From IMG/VR virus record IMGVR_UViG_3300002461_000224, positions 1 through 51,186 of that record: a DNA stretch of 51,186 nucleotides; one strand, written 5' to 3'. Below, piece by piece: positions 1 through 8,267 of the stretch; the first letter of the stretch is position 1; the number at the start of each line of letters is the position of its first letter. This stretch comes from a virus (taxonomy: Duplodnaviria > Caudoviricetes). Below the pieces are notes generated by a model, which did not search any database, had not been told where the DNA came from, and was given only the letters and a program-made list of their open reading frames with translations. A program made the position numbers and the translations under genes.

Positions 1-28
1 TCTCATCCTCTCCGTTGATGGCACACCA

Positions 29-67
29 GAAGTAGTTGGCTCAGGTCGTGGTTGAACCAACTACTTC
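29..67. other. Intergenic hairpin (perfect 11-bp stem)
   Basis: GAAGTAGTTGG (29-39) and CCAACTACTTC (57-67); no U-tract. Confidence 0.7.
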
Positions 68-74
68 CATTCTG

Positions 75-278
75 CTATTTCACCGGCCCGTAGATGTATT
101 CTTCCGGCGTCATGCCCTCTTCGTAGATGAAGTCCTTTTCGCTTGCGTCCAGGTAGTTCAGAAGCAACCGGACACCCGCCTCCCGGTCGTTCGGGTAGAC
201 TTTCAGGGCTTCCTGCTTGGCATCAAATTGTCGGCTCATTTCTCTCTCCGTTGTTTCACCGGGACTGGTGGTATTCAC
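75..278 (-). CDS. Hypothetical protein, 67 aa
   Basis: GTG start overlaps upstream stop; in leftward operon. Confidence 0.6.
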   Translation of the reverse strand: MNTTSPGETTEREMSRQFDAKQEALKVYPNDREAGVRLLLNYLDASEKDFIYEEGMTPEEYIYGPVK

Positions 279-442
279 TGTGGGTGGCTGGCCGGCCGTA
301 TCTCAAATTCCCGTCGTCCTTGGCCGTCCCACTTATGTTCCCAAACCTCCAGCTTCAAATGATCGAGCAACATACGGAGAAGTTCATGGGCTTCGTCCTC
401 GTGGATATCTTCCCATTCGCCGTATTCTAGCTTTCTCATCAT
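275..442 (-). CDS. Hypothetical protein, 55 aa (MMRKLEYGEWEDIHEDEAHELL...), absent from ORF track
   Basis: GGAGAGAG RBS before ATG; stop overlaps next start. Confidence 0.65.
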   Translation of the reverse strand: MMRKLEYGEWEDIHEDEAHELLRMLLDHLKLEVWEHKWDGQGRREFEIRPASHPQ

Positions 443-490
443 CTCTCTCCATTCCGCCGCCCTACGCGGCCCTTAGGTGTAATTGAGGGG

Positions 491-721
491 CTAGGCAGGA
501 TTAGAAACATAGATTTCCGATACGGCATGGAGCGGGATAATCACGTCCGGCGCGTCGGTGTCGAAAATGATATTGGCAACCAAATAGAAGCCCATCGGCC
601 CCGGAAGCTGGTTGACGCCTATACTCCTAACATTCCGCGACCCGGCCCGGTAATGGTCGCCAGCCTGAGTGATAACGCCGATTAGCCTGTCACCAACACT
701 TAGAAGTTCTTTTGCCATCAT
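491..721 (-). CDS. Hypothetical protein, 76 aa
   Basis: AGGAGAGAG RBS; operon context. Confidence 0.65.
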   Translation of the reverse strand: MMAKELLSVGDRLIGVITQAGDHYRAGSRNVRSIGVNQLPGPMGFYLVANIIFDTDAPDVIIPLHAVSEIYVSNPA

Positions 722-765
722 CTCTCTCCTAAATCACGGTAGGAACGTCTGCCGATCAGAGCGGG

Positions 766-936
766 TCAGGAATAGATATCATCGAGTGCGTCATCCCGGC
801 CGTTCAGATGCCGGTCCTGCTCAAGCCATCCGTCCTCCCATTGGCTGAACTCACGGGTGAACGTCGAATACGGGTTCTGCCAGATAGCGACGCCGCTGAT
901 CCGGTCGCGGAATCCTTCCTCATACGGTGTAATCAT
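766..936 (-). CDS. Ribosome-modulation-factor-like small protein, 56 aa, absent from ORF track
   Basis: MITPYEEGFRDRISGVAIWQNPYSTFTREFSQWEDGWLE matches the YxxG...NPY...WxxGW pattern; GGAG RBS. Confidence 0.6.
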   Translation of the reverse strand: MITPYEEGFRDRISGVAIWQNPYSTFTREFSQWEDGWLEQDRHLNGRDDALDDIYS

Positions 937-967
937 TCCTCGCTCTCCTTCATCTCTTGTGGGCCGG

Positions 968-1174
968 TCAGGAACGGGCCGCGTAGACTCGCCGGCAGTT
1001 CTTGCAGGCGTTCCCCAGCGGTAGATTACAGGTCATCCGATAATTGCCCTCCATCGGCTGGCCACATAGTGGGGCGCCCAGGTAGCCGTAACGGACAATG
1101 CTGTCGCGATCCTCTTCCCCGGCCTCGCAGACGAGATGCAACTTCCTGCCTGACTTGATTTGGGCGTAGATCAT
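968..1174 (-). CDS. Small Cys-rich (putative Zn-binding) protein
   Basis: LCG...CKNC; start coupled to upstream stop. Confidence 0.65.
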   Translation of the reverse strand: MIYAQIKSGRKLHLVCEAGEEDRDSIVRYGYLGAPLCGQPMEGNYRMTCNLPLGNACKNCRRVYAARS

Positions 1175-1482
1175 TCCTCGCTCTCCTCTTGTGGGCCGGG
1201 TACATTCCGCGATCCTGGGGGAGCAGGTAGCGGCATCCAGTGGGTTGGCGGTCTAGGGGGGCCGTCCCCGTCGTAGGCGTACCACCAGCCCACATCGTCA
1301 AAATACATGGCCTCGATATGGATGTGGGGACTCCTGGTCCCCGTCTTCAGCCATGTGTCTTTCCAAGTAGCGACCACGACTGAACCATCCTTTGGCGCAG
1401 TCTCAATCGGTTGCCATTCCTGAACATAACGCAAACCCACCTCTGTCAATGAGACGTCAGCTTTCCCGTTCGTTCTATCCAT
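1171..1482 (-). CDS. DUF551-like phage protein
   Basis: WQPIETAPKDG...PTHWMPLP motif; start uncertain (1482 or 1512). Confidence 0.75.
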   Translation of the reverse strand: MDRTNGKADVSLTEVGLRYVQEWQPIETAPKDGSVVVATWKDTWLKTGTRSPHIHIEAMYFDDVGWWYAYDGDGPPRPPTHWMPLPAPPGSRNVPGPQEESEE

Positions 1483-1496
1483 GTTCGCACCTGTTC
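1468..1496. promoter_or_regulatory. Alphaproteobacterial LexA (SOS) box
   Basis: GTTC-tatccat-GTTC at 1472-1486 (N7 spacing) with extra GTTC half-sites at 1468 and 1493, next to an AT-rich intergenic region. Confidence 0.6.
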
Positions 1497-1591
1497 TAGC
1501 GTGAATTGACAATGGCCGATTTGCTAAGTGTTGGTTTTATTGAGATATTTTCTAAGTTGTGTTCTTGGCGTATTCCCCTATATGGGTTTTG

Positions 1592-2344
1592 CTATACCGC
1601 CTTAACCTGTTGATCTTGCTTGCCTGCGTCGTTGGCCGTGTCAGCCTGCGTGTCAAAAGACAAAGAACTCTGCTTTGCGGGCTTCGGGGTCTCTACGAAT
1701 AGAGACGGGCGTTTCAATTCATCCGCAATGCGTCTGCAGGCGATCTCAAAATATTTCGGATTGATTTCGATCCCGACGAACGGCCGGGCGGCTTTGACTG
1801 CAGCAACCCCGGTTGTCCCGGACCCCATGAAAGGATCAAGCACGCGGCCCACCGTGAAGCCTATAATGCGCTCCATAAGGTCTACGGGCTTCTCGGTCGG
1901 ATGGTGCCCGTTGCCCGTCCTAATGGCTTCTAGAACGTCTGTGGGGCGGCCCTTCGGAAAGGCATGTTCCGGGCCGGGGTAGAAGAAGACGATTTCGGTT
2001 TGCCGGGCGTGCTCGTGCTGCAGGTCACCCATTGACCAGTTGTTTTTGACCCACGTAAGGACGCTTTTCGGCCGTGGCAGATTGGAGACATTATCCCACC
2101 GCCCGAAGCAATACGTTGAGTGAGTCGGCTTTAGATCGCAGGCCCAAATCAGCAGATCGTCGGTCTTGTCGTTGGCAATGGCATCGTGTTTGACGGCGCG
2201 GTAGTTCGATTGAAAATCCATCCCATAGGGAGGATCGGAAACCACGGCATCAAAGCCGCCCAACGTCGGGACGATTTCGAGCGCGTCCCCCAGATAAAGC
2301 TCAACCCCATCCGCCAGAATTTCAACCCGCTTGTTCATTGCCAT
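1592..2344 (-). CDS. DNA methyltransferase (N6-adenine/N4-cytosine, beta class)
   Basis: DPPY, HPTEKP and VLDPFMGSGTT motifs. Confidence 0.93.
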   Translation of the reverse strand: MAMNKRVEILADGVELYLGDALEIVPTLGGFDAVVSDPPYGMDFQSNYRAVKHDAIANDKTDDLLIWACDLKPTHSTYCFGRWDNVSNLPRPKSVLTWVKNNWSMGDLQHEHARQTEIVFFYPGPEHAFPKGRPTDVLEAIRTGNGHHPTEKPVDLMERIIGFTVGRVLDPFMGSGTTGVAAVKAARPFVGIEINPKYFEIACRRIADELKRPSLFVETPKPAKQSSLSFDTQADTANDAGKQDQQVKAV

Positions 2345-2483
2345 CCTTCTTCTCGCCCGTATCGAACAGCCTATCCGTCACAGTCGCATCCTCGTCGGCG
2401 TGCAGGTACGTGTTGAACAGGTGCTGGGCCGACTTCCATGCCATCCCACGCCACGAATCGGCGTCCGATCACAGTGTCAGTCA

Positions 2484-2849
2484 TTACCGCTCCTCCTGCG
2501 TTCCAACGTCATGGGGTGGGGACGGGACGATAAGCGGCTGCCACATCGTGCATGGCCATTCCACCGAAAATCCGCCATCCGAACTAATCCACCACGGATC
2601 GCAATAGTCGTATTCGGGACAGCGGCACTCTCCACCACAGTCACCCAGATATTCGCGGCATTCTTCGTCCTGAGACCAATGACCAATCGTCACGCGGGGG
2701 CCTTCTGGGGACGGACCGAATAGCCAAACCTCCGTTCCGTCACGCGGCGCAGTTTCTATGGTCTGCCAATTACACATTGTTCGATCCTCCAACGTCATGT
2801 TGTTGTCGTCAGTGCGGCGGATAATCCCGCAATCTTGACAACAAATCAT
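2484..2849 (-). CDS. DUF551-like phage protein with Cys-rich insert
   Basis: WQTIETAPRDG...WQPL; ATG 2849 overlaps upstream stop (alternative start 2777). Confidence 0.7.
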   Translation of the reverse strand: MICCQDCGIIRRTDDNNMTLEDRTMCNWQTIETAPRDGTEVWLFGPSPEGPRVTIGHWSQDEECREYLGDCGGECRCPEYDYCDPWWISSDGGFSVEWPCTMWQPLIVPSPPHDVGTQEER

Positions 2850-3343
2850 AGCTCGCCATCTGATCCAGTGGTGACCGTTGCTAGGGCTTGGAATTTCTCC
2901 TTCGCGATCTTCCATCGTTCGTCCTCCTTGGCTTGATCTTCCGGGTAGAGCTTGAAGAGAACGGGGCGAGAGGGCCACACGTCGCCGTCGAAAACGTTCC
3001 AGTGACCGTTCGGCCACTCGCCCCAATAGGAACCATCGTGGATGCCAGTGCTGCCGGGTTCGATCACCTTGAAGTGGCTGCCGTCCTTCGGGCAGTACGA
3101 CGGATCTCTCCAGCCCAGTTCTGTAAGCCGCTGGTGGGCATCCCACATGGCGCGGATTGCCGACTGTTCGTCAGGCATTCTTTCGGCCCGCGATGCCTTC
3201 TCGGCCATCGCGGATTCCCACATGGCGTTTGCTTCGGCCCGGCTAAGAGGCTCATGCCGCATTTTAGGAAAGCCGGTCTCCGGACATATCTCGCCCGTGT
3301 CAAACGTCTTATGACCCACGATATCATCCGGTCTGTCACTCAT
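2846..3343 (-). CDS. Hypothetical phage protein, 165 aa
   Basis: GGAGGAG RBS, coupled stop/start; YCPKDGS motif. Confidence 0.8.
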   Translation of the reverse strand: MSDRPDDIVGHKTFDTGEICPETGFPKMRHEPLSRAEANAMWESAMAEKASRAERMPDEQSAIRAMWDAHQRLTELGWRDPSYCPKDGSHFKVIEPGSTGIHDGSYWGEWPNGHWNVFDGDVWPSRPVLFKLYPEDQAKEDERWKIAKEKFQALATVTTGSDGEL

Positions 3344-3561
3344 TACCGCTCCTCCTGCGTTCCAACGTCATGGCTGGCCTTAGTAGCGCGACCGAGTTTT
3401 GTCAGGCGTGCCCACTCCGGGTCTCGCTTGCGAAGCATTCCAAGCTTACGCAAACGCGGGATTACGCTCCGGTAATGAGGCTTCAGCCAGTTAACCGGCA
3501 TCGGCCCGTCGCAGCTTCGGAGCATGTCGAGCACTCGATGTTCAGCGCGGGAGAGGATCAT
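3343..3561 (-). CDS. Small winged-helix-like protein
   Basis: LSRAEHRVLDML...LRKLGML...ARLTKLGR. Confidence 0.55.
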   Translation of the reverse strand: MILSRAEHRVLDMLRSCDGPMPVNWLKPHYRSVIPRLRKLGMLRKRDPEWARLTKLGRATKASHDVGTQEER

Positions 3562-3757
3562 GGCTGGCCTTAGTTACGGGTTGGGGGGACGGAGGAAGAG
3601 AGAACTTGTACTCGTACCATTCCTCGAAATCAGTCACGTAGGCCCCGCAGTTGCGAAGGTCGCCATCCCGCTGGCCGAAAATGATGGTCCCGCCTTTAAC
3701 GCAGATAACAGTGCGGTCGCCGACCTCATCGCCGGCTTGGGGGTGACGTTCGCTCAT
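3542..3757 (-). CDS. Hypothetical protein, 71 aa
   Basis: RBS and coupled start. Confidence 0.6.
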   Translation of the reverse strand: MSERHPQAGDEVGDRTVICVKGGTIIFGQRDGDLRNCGAYVTDFEEWYEYKFSLPPSPQPVTKASHDPLPR

Positions 3758-4329
3758 GACTGCTCCTCCCCCGCCAAGCGCGAGGTTTCGGCCTGGTCCT
3801 GCTTCCAGTCGGGAGCGGTCTGCGTGGTTCGTACTGGTCCAGCAATCGTGTTGTTCCAGAGGTGGTGCAGGGCGGCCCAGCTATCTGGGTACAGCCTCAA
3901 TGCCTCGTGGAAGGCTAAGTTGAGCCGCTCCCATTCCGCCTCCGCGTCGGCCGTGCTCGGTATCGCCAGGGTTGCCAATTCCTTCGCCCGCTCGTCTGCG
4001 ATCTTGAGCGCACGAATCTTGGTGGCGATTATTGCGCACTGGTCGCGCCTGGCTGCGAAGAAGTTTCCGGCGGCGATCGGTGCCGTGCCCTCGGCGATCT
4101 TCGCGCACGCCTCTATGGTTACGGAATCGAGGCGCTCGTCCGCTACAGCATCGCTGGCAGTGGTGAGGGCACGGCGGTTCCAATCAGCCACAGTGTTGGC
4201 GCCCAGCTTCTTGCCCTCGCACCCGTCAGTTACGCAGCGGACCATTGCGGGAGGCCCGACCTTGGAGCCCGGCGGCTTCTTACAGAGCGGGCACGGCAGG
4301 AGGTCAGTAGAAATGCTGTGATCCGTCAT
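3754..4329 (-). CDS. Lar-family-like Zn-ribbon domain protein
   Basis: LLPCPLCK...VRCVTDGC...WNRR. Confidence 0.6.
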   Translation of the reverse strand: MTDHSISTDLLPCPLCKKPPGSKVGPPAMVRCVTDGCEGKKLGANTVADWNRRALTTASDAVADERLDSVTIEACAKIAEGTAPIAAGNFFAARRDQCAIIATKIRALKIADERAKELATLAIPSTADAEAEWERLNLAFHEALRLYPDSWAALHHLWNNTIAGPVRTTQTAPDWKQDQAETSRLAGEEQS

Positions 4330-4445
4330 AGCCCGCAGCTCCCGTAGTTCTGTATGCACCCCAAGACCTGAGCGCAGCCGGCCATGCCGACAATGATTAA
4401 GAAGAAAAGGGCGATCACCCCGCCCAGCTTGTCCAGGCGCATCAT
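4326..4445 (-). CDS. Putative small lipoprotein, 39 aa, absent from ORF track
   Basis: MMRLDKLGGVIALFFLIIVGMAGCAQ: hydrophobic stretch then AGC; coupled on both sides. Confidence 0.55.
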   Translation of the reverse strand: MMRLDKLGGVIALFFLIIVGMAGCAQVLGCIQNYGSCGL

Positions 4446-4561
4446 TTGCTCCCGCTGACAGGGCGCGACTTAACCTTTTCGATCAGCCATTGTATGGGCG
4501 CGACGATCAACACTGCGACGATTGATAGAGCGATGCGCAGGATCAGCATGAATGCGGTCAT
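4442..4561 (-). CDS. Small single-TM peptide, 39 aa
   Basis: MTAFMLILRIALSIVAVLIVAPIQWLIEK; TGATG coupling. Confidence 0.55.
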   Translation of the reverse strand: MTAFMLILRIALSIVAVLIVAPIQWLIEKVKSRPVSGSK

Positions 4562-5136
4562 CAGGAATCTCCCGGCTTGGCGAGGGCGGCGAGGCCCTCC
4601 GGCTGCTCTCGCCAGCAAAAGCTGCCGCACCAGTCATGTGGCGCAACGGCAGGCCACCCCCAAATAAGGCTTTCATCCCTAACGCGACTTACCTCTGTGG
4701 CAGTGGCCTTAAATTTCCTTGGCAGGCGAACAGGAGGCGCGATGTGACACTCGCCGTTGAGCAGAAAGCGACAGCGCAGGCATGATTGCGTCGTGTTGTT
4801 GTTCAGCGCCTCCACCACCTGCGGAGTGCTAGGCGGTGGGGCGGCGTAGGAGGCCCACTCAGCAACAGTGCTGGCGGCAAGCTTCTTGCCCTCGCACCCG
4901 TCAGTTACACAGCGGACCATCTCAGGCGGGCCCACCCTGGAACCCGGCGGATTCTTGCAAAGTGGGCACGGGCTAAACCCGACCGGCGCAGCGGACTGGG
5001 CGGCGAGGGCTTCACGCACTCGGATAGCCGCCACTTCAGTCGTGACGTATCCATGCTTTGCAACAATATAGTCGAGTTCCTGAAGCGCAAATTCCAGCGC
5101 CTTCATCTGATCCGACATCTGCGATTCCTTGGTCAT
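4561..5136 (-). CDS. Hypothetical protein with Lar-like Zn ribbon and a second Cys motif
   Basis: PCPLCK...RCVTDGC plus CLRCRF...CH...WCG. Confidence 0.7.
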   Translation of the reverse strand: MTKESQMSDQMKALEFALQELDYIVAKHGYVTTEVAAIRVREALAAQSAAPVGFSPCPLCKNPPGSRVGPPEMVRCVTDGCEGKKLAASTVAEWASYAAPPPSTPQVVEALNNNTTQSCLRCRFLLNGECHIAPPVRLPRKFKATATEVSRVRDESLIWGWPAVAPHDWCGSFCWREQPEGLAALAKPGDS

Positions 5137-5333
5137 GGTTCTGTCCTTTGGAGAGCGTCCAGCGCGACCTCGTAAACCTTCACCCGGTAATCCAGGTGGT
5201 TCACATCGTGGTTGTCGTAGCCGTCCGCAATGAATTGAAGCGCGGCCCTCAACTCTTCATTCGTCTTTTGGAGCGCCGCGATTTTCGTGGCCGCGGCGCC
5301 GATCGCTACAAGCGTCTGGGTGTCAATGTTCAT
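5133..5333 (-). CDS. Hypothetical coiled-coil protein
   Basis: Coupled ORF. Confidence 0.6.
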   Translation of the reverse strand: MNIDTQTLVAIGAAATKIAALQKTNEELRAALQFIADGYDNHDVNHLDYRVKVYEVALDALQRTEP

Positions 5334-5692
5334 GTACCTGTCCTTTGGAGAGCTTCGCGGGCGCGAAGGATGATCGGGGCTCTGCCGTTGCCAAGAAGCG
5401 CCTCGCGCTCAATTTCGGCATCGGTGTAGTTGGTCCAGCCCATCTGCCCCAAGCATTCGTCGAGCGACGTCCTAAGATCCGCAATGTTTGCCGCCACTTC
5501 GTTATAAGTCCGCTCGCCAAGGGCCGCTTCGTAGGCACGCTCGTTGGACTCAAGTTCCTCGATGCGGGCGGCGGCTTCATCCAGAAGAACCTCGGTCGAT
5601 AACGGCGCGTCATTAATTCGCGACCGCAGCCGCTCCACAATGCCGGGCTGCCTGCTCTGTACTGGGTTCATCGGGTTCTCCTCTGCGCTCAT
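5330..5692 (-). CDS. Hypothetical phage protein
   Basis: IVERLR...EAAARIEELE motif common in phage early proteins. Confidence 0.7.
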   Translation of the reverse strand: MSAEENPMNPVQSRQPGIVERLRSRINDAPLSTEVLLDEAAARIEELESNERAYEAALGERTYNEVAANIADLRTSLDECLGQMGWTNYTDAEIEREALLGNGRAPIILRAREALQRTGT

Positions 5693-6069
5693 GTTCGGCG
5701 CTCGATCGGTCGCGAGGCAGTGCGCTGGGCCGGCCGCTTCTCGAAACCTCTGGACCGTATTTTCTGGCCCGGCTTCTTGATCCCGAGATGCTTGGCGCGC
5801 TTCCGATACACCATCGCCTTTTCGGCGACGTCGGCCGCTGTCTTCTCGCGGTGCGGGGCCTTCAGCGCTGGTGCCAGATTTTTTTCGCGATGCTCGCCAC
5901 CATTAGCGAGAGCAATAATGTGATCGCAGTCCCAGGCTTCACCTGCCCGGATTCGGCGACCTGAGAGATGGCAGATGCCGCCGTGGCGATCAAAAACCCT
6001 AACCCGCACGCGAGGAGGGATTGCTTGGTCATCATGCTTTGCTATCCACTCTGGGGGTGTTCTGGTCAC
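5689..6069 (-). CDS. HNH endonuclease
   Basis: DHIIALANGG...NLAPA...H; GTG start at 6069 overlaps upstream stop. Confidence 0.85.
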   Translation of the reverse strand: MTRTPPEWIAKHDDQAIPPRVRVRVFDRHGGICHLSGRRIRAGEAWDCDHIIALANGGEHREKNLAPALKAPHREKTAADVAEKAMVYRKRAKHLGIKKPGQKIRSRGFEKRPAQRTASRPIERRT

Positions 6070-6683
6070 GCGGCTTGCCCTTCCATCTCGAGAGCGCCGC
6101 GGGAGCGGAGCCAGAAGAACAGAAGCTTTGCGCGCTGGATGTCGCCCCATGCGCTGTGGGGGCCGGAGCGGGGCGGCTCGTTGAGCAGCAGTTCGCAGGC
6201 CTCGTCTAGGGACGGCAATTTGTAGCTGCCCGACTCGTGCTCGGACGGGAGTTTGCAGAACGGGGTTGCCAAGGTCATCGTGTCGACGAACTGCAGGCCG
6301 GGCCGGACCCAGGTTGTCGCGTCGCGCCCATTGCGGGCGAGTACCGAGGTGATGACGTCCCGGTCGAACGCTAGGCCGTGACCCACGACAAAGCGGGCTT
6401 GGCTGGCGAGGCTTTCGCGCCCGCAGAGCACTCCGAGTGCGGCTAACTCCGAAACGCCTGTACGGCCCGCTAATGCGCTTGAAACGCCATGCACCTTTTG
6501 TGCGCCTTCGGAGATGCGGCGGCCGTTCGCGCGGATGCCGGTGCTGATGCAGGCAAGCTGGCGGCCCTTGTCGTCGCACAGTTCCGCTGCGAGTGAGACC
6601 ACCCACGGCTGCTGGTCCGAATCCATGGGCAGGTTCTTCTTGAACAGGCCGGAGGTCTCGCAGTCGACGAAGAGGAGCGTCAC
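6066..6683 (-). CDS. DnaQ/DEDDh 3'-5' exonuclease
   Basis: FVDCETSG, VGHGLAFD, DTM and HSAWGD motifs. Confidence 0.88.
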   Translation of the reverse strand: MTLLFVDCETSGLFKKNLPMDSDQQPWVVSLAAELCDDKGRQLACISTGIRANGRRISEGAQKVHGVSSALAGRTGVSELAALGVLCGRESLASQARFVVGHGLAFDRDVITSVLARNGRDATTWVRPGLQFVDTMTLATPFCKLPSEHESGSYKLPSLDEACELLLNEPPRSGPHSAWGDIQRAKLLFFWLRSRGALEMEGQAA

Positions 6684-6859
6684 GACGGTACTCCGCACTT
6701 TCCACAGCCATGCAGCCACTCGTTGGCGATCTTGCGAGAAGTCCAGCCTTCGCGCTTCGCTTCGGCCCAAGCGTCACTAAAATCATCTGTGCCCGGCTCG
6801 AATAACTCGGGACAGGAATCACACTCGAAAATCAGTTTCCCGTGCTGGCGATCAATCAT
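6680..6859 (-). CDS. Small Zn-ribbon protein
   Basis: CDSC...AKREGW...CGKC. Confidence 0.7.
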   Translation of the reverse strand: MIDRQHGKLIFECDSCPELFEPGTDDFSDAWAEAKREGWTSRKIANEWLHGCGKCGVPS

Positions 6860-7641
6860 CACGAAATCTCCCTGATAGCCGCGTCGCAGTCGTCCTTGGT
6901 GATCTCGCCCCGCAGGCGCCGCTCTGTGAGCCTGTAGACGGCCTTCATCCACGCCTGCTCGTCGGCATTGGCTTTCCCGCCAATCAACTGCAGGGCCTCC
7001 GCGTGCCTTCCCGTGAGGCTCTTGGGCCTATCGGTGACGCGCGCCATGGCCCGCAGGTACGTGTCCTGCCAATCAGGCGATAAGTCAGAGGGCAGGCCAG
7101 CGGGGCTGGCATCGCTGGCCTGCGCCTCTTCGTCGGCCGAGGATGGCGCCGACGGTTCGGAAATATCGCCCGCGGCCTCTACCGGGGGAATGTCGTCAGA
7201 GGCCGCGGGTTTATCCGCCTGAGACCCTTGTCGGGGGGACTGTTCGGTCTCGGGCGAATTGGAATCTTTGAACACGACGCCATGGCTGGCGCCGAAAGCA
7301 TGAATGAGTTCGATCAGGTCCGACATTTCGGACTTGGAGAGGTCCGACGATGACCGGCCCAGGTTGACGAAGCCGGTCCCGTCGATGTTGGGGACGACGC
7401 GGAGTTCCCGCTTGAGCGCGTCGAGGAAGATGAACTTCCATGCATCGGGGGTGAGATTCATCCCGTGCCACGGGACTTGCGCGGCTACCTCCGTCAACAT
7501 GGCCCAGAGCTTGTCGTTCTGTTCGCTGCTGCGCTTGGGTTGCTTGAACTCCACGCGCATCCCGGCCTTTGCCGCCATGCACCAGCGGGCCGCTTTCTCG
7601 CGGTCGGTCTGTCCGTTGATGGTGACGACGTAGCGGCTCAT
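6859..7641 (-). CDS. ninB: NinB/YbcN-family recombination protein with C-terminal extension
   Basis: KRSSEQNDKLWAMLTEVA, WK, SSSDLSKSEMSDLIELIHAFGA. Confidence 0.85.
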   Translation of the reverse strand: MSRYVVTINGQTDREKAARWCMAAKAGMRVEFKQPKRSSEQNDKLWAMLTEVAAQVPWHGMNLTPDAWKFIFLDALKRELRVVPNIDGTGFVNLGRSSSDLSKSEMSDLIELIHAFGASHGVVFKDSNSPETEQSPRQGSQADKPAASDDIPPVEAAGDISEPSAPSSADEEAQASDASPAGLPSDLSPDWQDTYLRAMARVTDRPKSLTGRHAEALQLIGGKANADEQAWMKAVYRLTERRLRGEITKDDCDAAIREIS

Positions 7642-8267
7642 GCTGCGATCTGCCTCTCGTATTGCGCCTTGAGGTCGGAGACCTTGCGGTCCAGTTCGGC
7701 GAGAAATTCGGAAACCTGCTTCTCCAGGTCGGCGATCATGGCGTTGTCGCGGTGGACCCTCGCGACGAACAGGCTCATGGATTCCGGCATGCGCGGATCG
7801 AACGAAACGTAGTCGCACCACGCGCGCCCGGTCGAGGCTAACTGCCACTGGATCTGGGTGATGTATTTGCCGGGCACGGCGCGGCCCAGCAGCGTCTCGA
7901 TGTGCGTCGCTGTGTTGGGGCACTTGATCTCGACAAGCCCCTCAGCGGCCACGAGACCGTCGGGAGATGCCCCGCTATCGGCGATCCTCGGGTGAGGGAC
8001 AAAGCCGACCTGTTCCACCGTCGCGTCCGTCCGAAATTCGTAGGCGGCGCGTGCGTTCGGTTCCTGGTCCGTGCCCCACTGCATCTCCTTGCTGGTGAAG
8101 GACTCGGCAACCTCGCCGGTCAGCCGCTCGCATACGAGCTGGGCCATATAGTTGGCGCGCGAAGCCGACGGGCCGGTTTTCGTCTTGGCGATGACGTCGG
8201 CGACGCGGGAGGCAGTGACCTTGCCCGAGCGCTCCGCAAACCATTCTGGTGAGCCCTGTTCGATCAT
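7638..8267 (-). CDS. YqaJ/lambda-type exonuclease
   Basis: QGSPEWF, TAS, GASPDG, EIKCP, QIQWQL. Confidence 0.93.
   Translation of the reverse strand: MIEQGSPEWFAERSGKVTASRVADVIAKTKTGPSASRANYMAQLVCERLTGEVAESFTSKEMQWGTDQEPNARAAYEFRTDATVEQVGFVPHPRIADSGASPDGLVAAEGLVEIKCPNTATHIETLLGRAVPGKYITQIQWQLASTGRAWCDYVSFDPRMPESMSLFVARVHRDNAMIADLEKQVSEFLAELDRKVSDLKAQYERQIAA

Larger units (their letters stand above)
2475..3373. repeat. Direct repeat pair at gene boundaries (identical 34 bp at 2481-2514 and 3340-3373)
   Basis: TCATTACCGCTCCTCCTGCGTTCCAACGTCATGG twice; encodes C-terminal HDVGTQEER, RBS and next ATG. Confidence 0.9.

Noticed and set aside
1520-1565. attP or IHF site
   Set aside because: CTAAGT repeats only weakly match the IHF consensus, and there is no adjacent integrase or tRNA fragment
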